Counted from the first letter of the stretch, positions 31,612 through 42,686 are shown. The stretch is DNA of 64,000 bases from an uncultured Gemmataceae bacterium (GCA_963750165.1 CAVVPN010000004.1:32001-96000); one strand, 5' to 3'. Notes: generated by a model from the letters alone, not told the origin. Made by a program: numbers and translations.

Positions 31612-32938
31612 CCGAGCCCGCGCCGCCCGCCGGCCGCTTCTGGCGGCGCATCTTTCAGCACACCGCCGAGCCTGTCTTCCTGCTCAACCGCAACCGCCGC
31701 CTCATCTTCGTCAACCGCGCCTGGGAGGAGCTGACCGGCCTGTCCTTCGCAGCGGTTCGCCGGCTGCCCCGGGACTGGCGCCGCCGCCCCGTTGCGCCCG
31801 GCTCGGCCGAGGCCGTCACCCTGGCGCTGCGGCCGCCGCCCGAGGTGCTCGCCGGCCAGGTCGTCCACGTCCGCCGCCTGTTCCCTGTGCCCGACGGCGC
31901 CCCGCACCGCTGGCGCGTCACCTTCATGCCCTTCCGCGACGCCGCCGGCACCGTCGGCGTGCTCGGCAAGATTCAGCCACTGCCGGCCACCGCCCCGGCT
32001 GACCGTCAGCCGCTGCCGGAAAAATTGATTGCATTGCGTGACCGACACACACACAGCTTCACGCCGGACTACCTCGACAGCGACCTGCCTGTTTTGCAGC
32101 GGCTGGGCGATCAGGTGCGACTGGCGGCGCAGACGTGCGTGCCGGTGCTGTTTGTCGGCGAGACGGGCGCCGGCAAGCAGTGGCTGGCGCGGCTGGTCCA
32201 CCAGCAGGCCGGCACGGATCGTCCCTTCGTGGCACTGGACGCGGAACGGCTGCCCACGGCGGTGCTGGCGGCGCTGCTGTTCGGCGAGCCGGGACTGCTG
32301 CGCCGCGGCCACGCTGGCACGCTGTACCTGCGCGAGCCGGCGGCGCTGCCGCGCGACCTGCAGGAGCAGCTGAGTCAGTGGCTGCACGCCGGGACGGCCG
32401 CCGACGCGCCGCGGCTGCTGGCCGGTTGCCGCGGCGACCCACGCGCCGACGTGGCCGAGGGCCGGTTGCTGGAGGAACTGTACTGCGGCCTGAGCACGCT
32501 CACTGTCGCGGTGCCGCCGCTGCGCGACCGGCTCGCGGACCTTGACTGGCTGTGCGAGCGCTTGCTGGAGCGGGCCGCGGACGGCACCGGGGCAGTTCCC
32601 ACGGTGTCGCCGGCGGCGCTGGACCTGCTGCGCGGCCACCGCTGGCCGGGCAACCTGCGCGAACTGTTCAACGTCCTGGCGGACGCGGCCGGCCGGGCTG
32701 CCGGCCGGGCCATTGAGCCGGGCGATTTGCCGATGTATCTGCGGCCGGCGCCGCCGCCAGTCGAGCGGCGCTGCCGCTGGACCCGATTCTGGAGCAGGTG
32801 GAGCGGCGGCTGTTACAGCTGGCGATGGACGCGGCCCGGCAGAACCAGACGCGGGCAGCGGAACTCCTGGCGATCTGGCGGCCGCGGCTATCGCGGCGGC
32901 TGAAGGCGCTGGGGCTGGAAGGCAGCGAACCGGGCTGA
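31608..32938 (+). CDS. PAS / degenerate sigma54-activator AAA / Fis-HTH regulator; frameshift near 32775
   Basis: VNRAWEELTG; GETGAGKQ; VPPLRDR; WPGNLREL; HTH NQTRAAELLAIWRPRLSRRLK in the shifted frame, ending TGA 32938. Confidence 0.8.
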
Positions 32939-33083
32939 TACACGGTCGGGTTGCTGCTGACCGATTGATCGGTTCGCGCTCGTGCTCCAGACACATGCGC
33001 GAACCGTCGGCATAGTCCGTCTTGCACCGCCGCAGTTCCGCGGGTAAAGAACGCCTCCTATCCGAAACACAGGAGGCGGAGTC

Positions 33084-34093
33084 ATGCGCAGGCGCATCCC
33101 GGGCTGGGCGGTGGCGGCAATCCTGGCGAGTCTGGGCATCCTGGGCGGCTGGCCAGCCATCGGGCCGACGCGCGCCGCGCCGAATTGCGCTTCACGCAGA
33201 CGACGTTCGAGGTGGGCGAGGTTCGCACCGGTGTCGTGCTGACGCCGCGCTTCGCCTTCAGCAACGTCGGCACCGCGCCCGTGGAAATCACGGAGGTGCG
33301 CCCCGGCTGCGGCTGTCTGAAACCACGACTGACGCGGCGGACGCTGGCCCCGGGCGAAACCGGACAAATCGACCTGGAAGTGGACACGCGCCGCGAGTCG
33401 GCAGGGCCGCACGTCTGGCAGCTGGGCGTACGCTGGCAGCGCGGCACGGCGGTCGAGGAAACCACTCTGCGTGTGGTCGGCCATGTGGTCACCGAGGTGA
33501 CGGTGCAGCCAGCGACCGTGACGCTGCTCGCAGACGAACCCGGCGACACCGCCGTCGTCGTCACCGACCTGCGGCCGACGCCGCTGAGCGTCCGGGCCGT
33601 GACAACCACGTCACCACGCCTGCAGGCGCTGGCCGGGCCGCCGCGCCAGTCGCCGCTAAAGCATCGGACCTGGAACATCAAGCTGGAAGTGGACGCCGCC
33701 TGTCCGCCGGGCCGGCACGACGAGGTGCTGACCGTCCACACCGACGACCCCGGCTATCCGACGCTGGAAGTGCCCGTCACGGTGGTCAAACGGGCGCCGG
33801 GGCGCGTGCAGGTGCAACCGAAAAGCATCGTGTTCCTGCTGGCCGCGGGGCAGGACAGCCGGCGGTCGGTAGTGCTGAGCGACGGCCAGGGCCAGCCGGT
33901 GGTCGTGGAAAGCGTCAGCGCCGACCACGAGGCGCTGGCGTGCGCGGTGTCGGCGGGGCCGCCGGCGACGGTGACCATCCGCGTGGACGGCGGCAAGCTG
34001 CCGGCAGGCGGCCTCAGCAGCACGGTGCGCGTGCGGCTGAGCGCCCCGGTGCGAGAGACGGTCGTCATTCCGGTGGATTGCGTGGTTGATTGA
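33084..34093 (+). CDS. Secreted DUF1573 (Ig-like) domain protein; frameshift near 33175
   Basis: AGGAGG RBS and signal peptide MRRRIPGWAVAAILASLGIL; FSNVGTAPVEITEVRPGCGC...LAPGETG. Confidence 0.8.
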
Positions 34094-34094
34094 A

Positions 34095-34239
34095 CTGGGC
34101 CTCTCCGCAGCAGTCCGGGGCGCAGTTCGACCTGCTGTTGCGCCAGGTCCTCCAGGGTTCCAATGCAGTTCAGCCGTAACCGGCCCTGGGAATCCGCGTT
34201 GTGGAAGTCGGCATACACTTTCGGCTTGGGGTTCACCAT
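34095..34239 (-). pseudogene. 5' fragment of a small conserved hypothetical gene, cut off at the end of the DUF1573 gene
   Basis: GGAGGG RBS; MVNPKPKVYADFHNADSQGRLRLNCIGTLEDLAQQQVELRPGL then runs antisense into the neighbour. Confidence 0.45.
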
Positions 34240-34571
34240 GTCGGCCCTCCGTTCGTCAAGTTTTTGGCGGAGCGCCCAGCCTTGTCCCCCGCCTTGCTTT
34301 GTTTGGACCACACCGCTACAATGCTAACAGCACCAGCTTCTCGGCTCCTTCGCATCATGTAACATCTATCCGGGGCACCAGTTAGGACGGCCCCTGGTGG
34401 AGTGTCAGCGCGAAATCGTTTGGACGAGGCACCCTCTCCCCTTCGTCCACCTGGCGGCTGGGTTGAATCGAACACGGCACTTGGATCCTCTAACCTTTGG
34501 CAATCTCCCTAACGTTGGCGGCCGGCCGCGCGGCTGGCTGTGGAAGAAACACTCAGGCGGAGACGGCTGGA

Positions 34572-37079
34572 ATGTATGAACGTTTTACCGACCGGGCTCG
34601 CAAGGTGATGCAGCTCGCCAACCAGGAGGCGCAGCGCTTCAACCATGAGTACATCGGCACGGAGCACATCCTCCTCGGCCTGGTCAAGGAGGGCTCCGGC
34701 GTCGCCGCGAATGTCCTGAAAAACCTGGACATCGACCTGCGGAAAATTCGTCTGGAGGTCGAAAAAATTGTGCAGGCTGGCCCCGACATGGTGACCATGG
34801 GCAAACTGCCCCAGACACCGCGGGCCAAAAAAGTCATCGAGTATTCCATCGAGGAAGCTCGCAACCTCAACCATAACTACGTGGGCACGGAACACCTCTT
34901 GCTCGGCCTCCTGCGCGAACAGGAAGGCGTGGCGGCTCAGGTCCTGATGAACCTCGGCCTCAAGTTGGAAGACGTGCGGGAAGAAGTTCTTAATCTGCTG
35001 GGGCACAATATGGACTCAGGTGAAAGCGGCGGCGGCGGCGAAAGGACTGCCAACAAGGGCAAATCCAAAACCCCCGCCCTGGACAGCTTCGGGCGTGACC
35101 TCACCGAGTTGGCCCGGCAAGGCAAACTCGACCCGGTCATCGGCCGGCAGAACGAAATCGAACGGGTCATTCAGGTGCTCAGCCGCCGCACCAAGAACAA
35201 CCCGGTGCTGCTCGGCGAGGCCGGCGTCGGCAAGACCGCCATCGTCGAGGGCCTCGCCCAGATGGTCGTGGACTCCAACGTCCCCGAGTTGCTGCGCGAC
35301 CGCCGCATTGTCGTCCTCGACCTGGCCATGATGGTCGCCGGCACCAAGTACCGCGGCCAGTTCGAGGAGCGCATCAAGGCCGTCATGAACGAGGTGCGCC
35401 GCGCCAAGAACACCATTCTGTTCATCGACGAATTGCACACCCTCGTCGGTGCCGGCGGTGCCGAGGGCGCCATCGACGCCAGCAATGTTCTCAAGCCCGC
35501 CCTGGCCCGCGGCGAGATCCAGTGCATCGGCGCGACGACGCTGGACGAGTACCGCAAGTACATCGAGAAGGACGGCGCCCTGGAGCGGCGCTTCCAGCAG
35601 ATCATCGTCAATCCGCCGTCCAAGGAGGAGACAGTCGAAATTCTGCGCGGCCTGCGTGATCGCTACGAGGCGCACCACCGCGTGCAGATCAAGGACGAGG
35701 CGCTGTCGGGGGCGGTCGAGCTGTCGGACCGCTACATCAGCGGCCGCTGCCTGCCGGACAAGGCGATTGACGTGATCGACGAGGCGGGCGCTCGTGTTCG
35801 GCTCAAGGCCATGACGCGGCCGCCGGATCTCAAGGAGATCGATGCCCAGGTGGAGCAGCTCAACCAGGAGAAGGAGGCCGCCGTCGCCGAGCAGGACTTC
35901 GAGAAGGCCGCCCACCTGCGCGATCAGGCCGACAAGCTCAAGAAGAAGAAGGAGCAGATTCAGCGCGAGTGGCGTGAGAAGGCCAAGGAGATCGATGGCG
36001 TCGTTGACGAGGAGGTCATTGCCGAGGTCGTCAGCAAGATGACCGGTGTGCCGCTCAAGCGCATCGGCGACGACGAGACGCAGCGGCTGCTCAAGATGGA
36101 AGACGAACTGCACAGGACCGTCATTAGCCAGCGCGAGGCGGTGTCGGCGATTGCCAAGGCGGTGCGCAAGAGCCGTGCCGGCCTGAAGGATCCGAAGCGG
36201 CCGATTGGCTCGTTCATCTTCGCCGGGCCCACGGGCGTCGGCAAGACGCTGCTGGCCAAGCAGCTCGCCAAGTTCATGTTCGGCGACGAGAATGCCCTGG
36301 TGCAGATCGACATGTCGGAGTACATGGAGAAGCACAACGTCAGCCGGCTCATTGGGGCGCCGCCGGGCTACATCGGCTACGAGGAGGGCGGCCAGTTGAC
36401 GGAGAAGATTCGCCGCCGGCCGTACAGCGTGGTGCTGCTCGACGAGATCGAGAAGGCGCACCCCGATGTGTGGAACATGCTGCTGCAGATCATGGAAGAA
36501 GGCCGGCTGACCGACAATGTCGGCCGGATCATCGACTTCAAGAACACGATCCTGATCATGACGACGAACATCGGGGCGTCGGAGATCACGGGCAAGACGC
36601 ACTTCGGCTTCAGCAAGAAGGACGACACGACCAACTACCTGAAGATGAAGGAGACGCTGAAGCAGGCGATGGAGGCCAATTTCCGGCCCGAGTTCCTGAA
36701 CCGCGTCGATGACATCATCGTCTTCCGCAGCCTGATGACCGAGGACCTCAAGCAGATCATCGGCATCGAGCTGTCGAAGGTTATCAAGCGGCTCAAGGAT
36801 AAGAATCTGACGCTGGTGATGACCGATGAGGCCAAGGAACTGCTGATCGAGAAGGGCACCAACACCGAGTACGGTGCGCGGCCGCTGCGCCGGGCGATCG
36901 AGCACTACCTCGAAGATCCGCTCTCGGAGGACCTGCTCCGCGGCGCGTTCAGCGGCAAGGACACCATCACGGTGCGTGTCGGCCCGAATGAGACGGGCGA
37001 GAAGAGGTTGACCTTCGAGGCGACGCAGGGTGGCGGCGTCCCGACGCCGGACCTGGCCACCGCCATCAAGGCGGACTGA
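34572..37079 (+). CDS. clpC: ATP-dependent Clp protease ATP-binding subunit ClpC
   Basis: [12 protein letters not shown], double Clp-N repeats, [11 protein letters not shown] domain [27 protein letters not shown]. Confidence 0.95.
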   Translation: MYERFTDRARKVMQLANQEAQRFNHEYIGTEHILLGLVKEGSGVAANVLKNLDIDLRKIRLEVEKIVQAGPDMVTMGKLPQTPRAKKVIEYSIEEARNLNHNYVGTEHLLLGLLREQEGVAAQVLMNLGLKLEDVREEVLNLLGHNMDSGESGGGGERTANKGKSKTPALDSFGRDLTELARQGKLDPVIGRQNEIERVIQVLSRRTKNNPVLLGEAGVGKTAIVEGLAQMVVDSNVPELLRDRRIVVLDLAMMVAGTKYRGQFEERIKAVMNEVRRAKNTILFIDELHTLVGAGGAEGAIDASNVLKPALARGEIQCIGATTLDEYRKYIEKDGALERRFQQIIVNPPSKEETVEILRGLRDRYEAHHRVQIKDEALSGAVELSDRYISGRCLPDKAIDVIDEAGARVRLKAMTRPPDLKEIDAQVEQLNQEKEAAVAEQDFEKAAHLRDQADKLKKKKEQIQREWREKAKEIDGVVDEEVIAEVVSKMTGVPLKRIGDDETQRLLKMEDELHRTVISQREAVSAIAKAVRKSRAGLKDPKRPIGSFIFAGPTGVGKTLLAKQLAKFMFGDENALVQIDMSEYMEKHNVSRLIGAPPGYIGYEEGGQLTEKIRRRPYSVVLLDEIEKAHPDVWNMLLQIMEEGRLTDNVGRIIDFKNTILIMTTNIGASEITGKTHFGFSKKDDTTNYLKMKETLKQAMEANFRPEFLNRVDDIIVFRSLMTEDLKQIIGIELSKVIKRLKDKNLTLVMTDEAKELLIEKGTNTEYGARPLRRAIEHYLEDPLSEDLLRGAFSGKDTITVRVGPNETGEKRLTFEATQGGGVPTPDLATAIKAD

Positions 37080-37096
37080 GCGGTTCGTTCGGATAG

Positions 37097-37141
37097 ATTC
37101 ACCACAGAGAACGCGGAGCGTTCTCTGTGGTGAATTTTTTT
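37097..37141 (+). terminator. Intrinsic terminator after clpC
   Basis: 18-bp stem attcaccacagagaacgc / gcgttctctgtggtgaat followed by a T-run. Confidence 0.85.
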
Positions 37142-37148
37142 CACCGAG

Positions 37149-37872
37149 TTAGTTCCCCGAGGTCGGCATGGGCGCGGCCTTGGCGGTGGTGCGCGCCGCG
37201 GCCGACAGCGCCTCGACCGCGGCCAGGCGCTCGACTCAGCGTCTGCACGCGCGTCAGCAGCTCGCGCCGCTCGTCGTCGAAGGATTTGCGCTGCTCGTCG
37301 ATCTTACGCTGCAGTTCGCGGCGGTCGTCGTCGCAGGACTTGCGCTGCTCGTCGATCTTACGCTGCAGGTCCGTCCGGTCGGTCTGGATGGCCTGGCGCT
37401 GCTCGGTCAGCGTCTGCTTGATGTTCGTGCGATCCTCCTCAAAGTTCCTGGCGACGTGGTTCACCTGCTGGTCGAGCACCTTGACGCGGTCGCCGACGGT
37501 GCTGAGCGCGCCGGTGGTGTTCTGCATCTCCTTGATGGCGGCCCACTGCGCGGTGGACCGGCTGGTGAGGTCGTCCTTGCGGGCGAACTCGGCGCGTTTC
37601 TCGATCTCCGTGTTGAGGTCGCGGCGCAGGTCGCTGATTGAACCGGACATGCTGCTGTAAACGGTCATGATGACCAGGGCGCCGATGCTCAGCAGGGTGC
37701 CGCCGAAGACACGCCAGAAAACGGAAATTTTCTCCTCGCCCCTGGCCTCCCTGGCGGGAGCCTCGTCCTTGGGGGCGCTGACACTGCGCAGCGTCTCGGC
37801 GACAACGAAGCTGTTGCAGCTGGGCGAACCGTCACCCTCCCTGTCCTCGTACTCGGGCCGATCCTTGGCCAT
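37149..37872 (-). CDS. Single-TM coiled-coil protein; probable frameshift near 37235
   Basis: FWRVFGGTLLSIGALVIMTVY; heptads; 54-bp tandem duplication at 37261-37368. Confidence 0.7.
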
Positions 37873-38177
37873 GACGTGCCTCCTTTCCATCCCCCACCAG
37901 GAAGCCCGGTTCCGTGTGCGGGATAGCGCCTGGGGCGGGGTTGACTGCGGGAAACCAACCGCACAGCACGGCGCTCAAGCCGGGCCGTGCGGTGGAGGGC
38001 TATAACGCGGCCGCGCCCGAATTACAAGGCCAGAACGCTCTTGACTCCAGCAATCATTATCGCTATGGTCCCGGCCCGTGCAATCGAGATGGTCCTGGGT
38101 GATTTCAACATTCACGCCGCGCCGGCCGGGGCTCAGGGGGAGCCCGCGGTTTGCCCGCAAGGGGGAGGAATCCTTAG

Positions 38178-39845
38178 ATGTCCGCGAAACGTCTATCCGC
38201 CAGCGCCCTGCGGCGGGCGCTGGCCGTGGGCCGAACCGCCCGCCGCCGCCTGGCCCTGCTCGCGCTGGCCGCTGCGCTGGCGGCGCCACTGGCCGCCGCC
38301 GCCCAGCCGCCGCCGTTCAGCCCGGCGCCGCCCGCGCCGACCAAGTTCTACTGGAACAAGAAGAGCTTCTCCTTGCCGGTCCAAATCGATGACCGCAACC
38401 GTGCCAATTTGGCCGAGGTGCAGCTGTACGTCAAGGATCACCCGACGCATCCCTGGGTGTGCTGCGAGAAGGGGCGGCCGAGTCAGAACGCCTTCAGCTT
38501 CCGGCCGTTGCAGGACGGCGAATACTGGTTCGTGGTCGTCACCGTGGACAAGCAGGGTCGCGCGACGCCGCCGGACCTGAACGCGCCGGGCGTCAGCATC
38601 ATGGTGGTCGTCATCGACACGCGGGCGCCGCAGATCGAACTGCTGCCGCAGGCGCCGGTCGGCGCCGGCCAGGTGGTCGAGTGCAAGGTCATCGACGCCA
38701 ACCCCGATCCGTCCAAGACGCACTTCGAGTACCAGACCTGGGACAGGAAGTGGCGGGCCGCCGAGCCGGTCGCCGACAGGCAGGAGTTGTACCTGATCCC
38801 GTCGCAAGCGCGGACCACCGGCCTGGTGCGCGTCACCGTCTGCGACCTGGCCAAGAACCCGAACGTGCGCGAGGCCAACCTCGCCAGCACCACGGTGCCC
38901 CTGGTCCACAACGCCGCCGCCCCGATGCCGCCGGCGTTGCGAACCGGCAACGGTACGCCGCCGCTGGTCTACAACCTTCCCACGCCACCGGTCGCCCTGG
39001 AACACTCGGGCTCGTCGGCACCGGGCAAGGCGCCGGAGGCGCCCGTGGCGGTCAACCCGCAGGCCCCGAGCGGCCCGCCGCTGCTGCCGAACATCGGCGA
39101 GGCGCACGTCGCCGCGTCGCCGGGCGTCGTGACGACGGGCCACACGGAGCCGGCACCGGCGGTGAAGGCGCTGGGCGGTTCGGTGACGACGCCGAACTGC
39201 AAGGCGCCGGGCGCGTGCCATCTGGTCGGCCACTCGCGGCTGGCGCTGGAGTACCAGGTCGAGAACGTGGGCCCGAGCGGCATCGGCAAGGTGGAGGTGT
39301 ACATCACCAACGACCGGGGCCGGAGCTGGCAGCGGTTGTGCGAGGATGCGGATCGCAAAAGCCCGGTGGAGATCGAGTTGACGGGCGAGGGCCTGTTCGG
39401 CGTCAGCCTGGTGGTGAGCAACGGTCGCGGCGTCGGCGATGGGCCGCCGCGCTCCGGCGACACGCCGGACTGGTGGATCGAGGTCGATAAGACGCGACCG
39501 GCGGCGACCCTGACGAGCGTGCAGGCGGGCGGCGACGGCAAGGCAGTGGCCATTCAGTGGGAGGCTCGCGACAAGAACCTGGGCGAGCGGCCGGTGGACC
39601 TGTACTTCGCCGCGAGCCTGCAGGGCCCCTGGACGCCGATCGTCCGGGGCCTCAAGAACGACGGCTCTTACAACTGGTGCTTGCCGCCGCAGGTGAGCGG
39701 CCAGGTGTACGTGCAGCTGGTGGTCACCGACCAGGCGGGCAACATCTGCCAGTGTGAAACGCCGACGCCGGTGATGCTCGACGACCAGACGCGGCCGCGA
39801 GCCCACGTCATCAACGTGGTGCAGCCGACGCCGCACGGGAACTGA
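38178..39845 (+). CDS. Secreted hypothetical protein with two beta-rich (Ig/FN3-like) modules and a Pro-rich linker
   Basis: Signal RRRLALLALAAALAAPLAAAAQ; DGEYWFVVVTVD; VEVYITNDRGRSW; GGGGGAGG RBS. Confidence 0.75.
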   Translation: MSAKRLSASALRRALAVGRTARRRLALLALAAALAAPLAAAAQPPPFSPAPPAPTKFYWNKKSFSLPVQIDDRNRANLAEVQLYVKDHPTHPWVCCEKGRPSQNAFSFRPLQDGEYWFVVVTVDKQGRATPPDLNAPGVSIMVVVIDTRAPQIELLPQAPVGAGQVVECKVIDANPDPSKTHFEYQTWDRKWRAAEPVADRQELYLIPSQARTTGLVRVTVCDLAKNPNVREANLASTTVPLVHNAAAPMPPALRTGNGTPPLVYNLPTPPVALEHSGSSAPGKAPEAPVAVNPQAPSGPPLLPNIGEAHVAASPGVVTTGHTEPAPAVKALGGSVTTPNCKAPGACHLVGHSRLALEYQVENVGPSGIGKVEVYITNDRGRSWQRLCEDADRKSPVEIELTGEGLFGVSLVVSNGRGVGDGPPRSGDTPDWWIEVDKTRPAATLTSVQAGGDGKAVAIQWEARDKNLGERPVDLYFAASLQGPWTPIVRGLKNDGSYNWCLPPQVSGQVYVQLVVTDQAGNICQCETPTPVMLDDQTRPRAHVINVVQPTPHGN

Positions 39846-39914
39846 GACAGAATCCGCAGGATGCGTGCGCCGCACCGGTCAACCCGACGCAGCGCACGCA
39901 CCCTGCCGGCCAGG

Positions 39915-40084
39915 TCACAGAAGTTTGCGAAATGCGTCGTTCGTCAGTCCCGCGTCCCGAACAATGTTACCCATGGTGATCGCGTTGACCGGGTTGTGCC
40001 TTGGAATGGTCACCACCCGATTTCCGTCCGTCATCACGATGGGTTTTCCCTGGCGGAGTGGTTGACGCCCGGCAATTTGGGCAT
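39915..40084 (-). pseudogene. hicA: HicA toxin, internally deleted
   Basis: MPKLPGVNH joined out of frame to RQGKPIVMTDGNRVVTIPRHNPV...IVRDAGLT. Confidence 0.7.
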
Positions 40085-40086
40085 GA

Positions 40087-40282
40087 TTAAACTTCGACTT
40101 CTGCTTCACGGCCTGTCCCGCCCCGCGCTAGCTCCGCGGTGACTTCGGTATTCGCGGATGGCGTCGGTGATATTCTCCAGCGCTTCCTGTTCGGTAGCCC
40201 CCTGCGAATGGCAGCCGGGCAACCCGGGAACGGAGACGGCGAACCCCTCGTCGGACTCTTCCAGGATGACCTTGTATTTCAT
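40087..40282 (-). CDS. hicB: HicB antitoxin (short type); frameshift near 40145
   Basis: MKYKVILEESDEGFAVSVPGLPGCHSQGATEQEALENITDAIREY; GGAGG RBS. Confidence 0.85.
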
Positions 40283-40322
40283 AACACCTCCCGCAACGGA
40301 TCGTTTGCTTCATTCTCCAGTG

Positions 40323-41864
40323 TCACGAGTTTTCTATCAACTCCGACAACACCCAGTGCTGCCAGTCCGCGGTCGGCCGCGCCCGGCCCTCGCGTTGCAA
40401 CTTCAGCAGCCCCGCCTGCGTCTGCAGCCGGGCGAAGCGCATCACTTCTTGCGGCAAACCACGGTACAACTCCGCCGTCAACTCGTCCAGCTCGCGCGGC
40501 CGCGCCGCCAGCGCCGCCAGCAACTGCTCCTCGCGCTTGCGGCGGTGCTCCACGCACTCCGTCAGCGTCGCCGCCGGCCGCGAACTCACGTTGCCGTGCC
40601 CCGGCAGCAGCAGCCGACAGTCGAACGTCTGCAACCGCCGCAGCGATTCCAGGTACTGCGTCAAATCCCCCTCCGGCGGCGCAATCACCACCGACGACAA
40701 CGTGGACACCATGTCGCCGGCGAACAGCAGTCGGTACGTCGCCTCGTAAAATGCCAGGTGACCCGCGGCGTGGCCCGGCGTGTGGACCGCCTCCAACTCC
40801 CAGGTGCCGACGCCGGAGGGGTGCGCGCCGAGCGGCAACCGTTGACCGTCTTCCAGGAAGCGGGTCACGTTGACCTTGCCGCGCAGCGCGGCGGCGGTCA
40901 GCGGGTGGGCGAACACGGGAACACGATAGCGCTCGGCACACGCCGCCGCCGCGCCGACGTGGTCGGGGTGCTGATGCGTCAGCACGACGCCCGCCAGGCG
41001 CTGCCCCAGGTCGCGCTCCGCGTCGAGCACGTCGAATAAGCACTCCTGTTCCCCTGGATCAATCGGGCCGGGGTCGAGCAGGTACGCGGGGTCGTGGCCG
41101 ACCAGATAGGCGTTGGTGTGCGTGCCCGGCGCCAGGGCCTGCGTGCGCAGCGGGATGAGCCGCACCTGCGGCGCGAAGAAGATGGGGTGCATGTCCCCGC
41201 TGGCCAACCGCTCCAGCAGCGGGCCGAGCCGGGCGGGCGCCTCGTCGGCGGCGCGGCCGCGAATCGACTCCAGCGTCATCACCGTCGGCGGCGACACCAG
41301 GCAGTCGCCGCGCTCCCAGCGCCGCAGCATGGCGTCGGCGCTGAGCCATTCCGCCTGGTCGAGTTCGCCGGGGATCAGGTGCGCGTCCTGGCCGGGCGGC
41401 AGGTGGGCGACGAAGAACGTCGTGTCGAAGCGCACCGGAGCGAAGGCGGGGGTGGTGACGTGGCCGATCAGCCGCAGGTCCGCGGCGTGCAGCGTGACGC
41501 CCAACTGGCGCAGCACGTCGGCGTAGGCCACGCGCTCGGCCAGCAGTTCGCCGCGCAGTGCTTCCAGTTCGGGGCCGGGCGGCGCGGCGGAGCCGTCGGG
41601 CCGGCGGCCGAGATGTACGCCGGTCTCCTCAAACAGTTCGCGGGCGGCGGCGACGCGGCGGAACGCGAGCCCGTCGGCAATGATTTCGGAGTCAATGTCC
41701 CAGACGAGCGGCACCGCGGCGTCGCTCGCGTGGACCTTGCCGCCGGGGAAGGCCCAGAAACCGCCGAAGAAACGCAACTCCGCGGCCCGGCGGACCAGCA
41801 GCACGTCCGGCGAATCCGGCCCGCGCGTCAGCAGCACACTGGCGGCCTCGGCGATGGCACTCAC
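40323..41864 (-). CDS. NUDIX plus metallo-beta-lactamase-fold hydrolase fusion
   Basis: FPGG...RELFEETG and RFDTTFF; THQHPDH, HTPGHAAGH, FAGD, LPGHG; GTGA overlap with the upstream gene. Confidence 0.88.
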   Translation of the reverse strand: MSAIAEAASVLLTRGPDSPDVLLVRRAAELRFFGGFWAFPGGKVHASDAAVPLVWDIDSEIIADGLAFRRVAAARELFEETGVHLGRRPDGSAAPPGPELEALRGELLAERVAYADVLRQLGVTLHAADLRLIGHVTTPAFAPVRFDTTFFVAHLPPGQDAHLIPGELDQAEWLSADAMLRRWERGDCLVSPPTVMTLESIRGRAADEAPARLGPLLERLASGDMHPIFFAPQVRLIPLRTQALAPGTHTNAYLVGHDPAYLLDPGPIDPGEQECLFDVLDAERDLGQRLAGVVLTHQHPDHVGAAAACAERYRVPVFAHPLTAAALRGKVNVTRFLEDGQRLPLGAHPSGVGTWELEAVHTPGHAAGHLAFYEATYRLLFAGDMVSTLSSVVIAPPEGDLTQYLESLRRLQTFDCRLLLPGHGNVSSRPAATLTECVEHRRKREEQLLAALAARPRELDELTAELYRGLPQEVMRFARLQTQAGLLKLQREGRARPTADWQHWVLSELIENS

Positions 41865-42304
41865 GATTTGTCGTCCGCGCCGCCGGCCTTCTTCGGGGCG
41901 GGCTTTTTGGCGTCCGCGGCGTCCTCTTTCTTGTCGCCGGCCAGGCCGCGATGCACCGCCTCCATGAGCTTTTCCATGGCGAACGGCTTGCGGATGTACT
42001 CGACGACACCGAGGTATTCGGCGTAGGCCTTGTGGCGGCTGCCCTCGTTGGCGGTAATCATGATGATGGGCGGTGCCTCGGGCTTGTCGCGGAAGTGCTC
42101 CAGGACGGGATAGCCGCCCATGCGCGGCATCATCATGTCGAGGATGACCAGATCGGGCTGATGCTGATAGATCATCTGCTTGCCGTGCTGGCCGTCGCGC
42201 GCCTGCAGGACGCGGAAGCCCTGCCGCTCCAGCATGGTGCGCAGCCCGTCGCTCAACTCCATGTCGTCGTCCACCACCAGAATCGTCTTGTTTGCCTCGG
42301 CCAT
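41861..42304 (-). CDS. Single-domain response regulator
   Basis: ILVVDDD, LDMMMP, MITA, YIRKPF. Confidence 0.92.
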   Translation of the reverse strand: MAEANKTILVVDDDMELSDGLRTMLERQGFRVLQARDGQHGKQMIYQHQPDLVILDMMMPRMGGYPVLEHFRDKPEAPPIIMITANEGSRHKAYAEYLGVVEYIRKPFAMEKLMEAVHRGLAGDKKEDAADAKKPAPKKAGGADDKS

Positions 42305-42463
42305 GTTCAGGGCCCTCTTGCTGGTGAAAAATCTTCAATGGTTTCAGAGTAACAGGCGAAGGCGGTCGCGACAAGTTGACGGCACCACTCCGACCGCGCA
42401 GCCGTGTCTGAGCACCAGAACCGGGTTGCCTGGATGGCCCCGGGAGTCGCCCGCTGGCTGCGG

Positions 42464-42630
42464 TTGTCAGAGCAAGGGGGCCAAGGAGGCCAAGGGGGCC
42501 AACTTTTTCATACGTCGAGATTTGGCGCCCTGGCAGCGTGCGGCTGGCACGGCGCGACCACCACCGGCGGCGGTTGCCACAGCAAGGACGCCAAGGACGC
42601 CAACTTTTTCATACGTCGAGAATCGGCACC
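42464..42630 (+). repeat. Dispersed repeat, copies 2 and 3 (core gccaactttttcatacgtcgaga)
   Basis: Identical 23-bp core twice here and once near 9345. Confidence 0.85.
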
Positions 42631-42686
42631 TTGCCCGACCTTGCAGGGCCGTTCGCTGTTTCCTGCTGCGGTCGGAGGCCGCTTTC

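Noticed and set aside
34310..34571. CIRCE/CtsR operator or riboswitch upstream of clpC
   Set aside because: Some hairpins are present but there is no match to consensus sequences I can recognise
42464..42630. Possible mini-CRISPR array
   Set aside because: Only two adjacent copies about 100 bp apart, non-palindromic core, and no cas genes or leader
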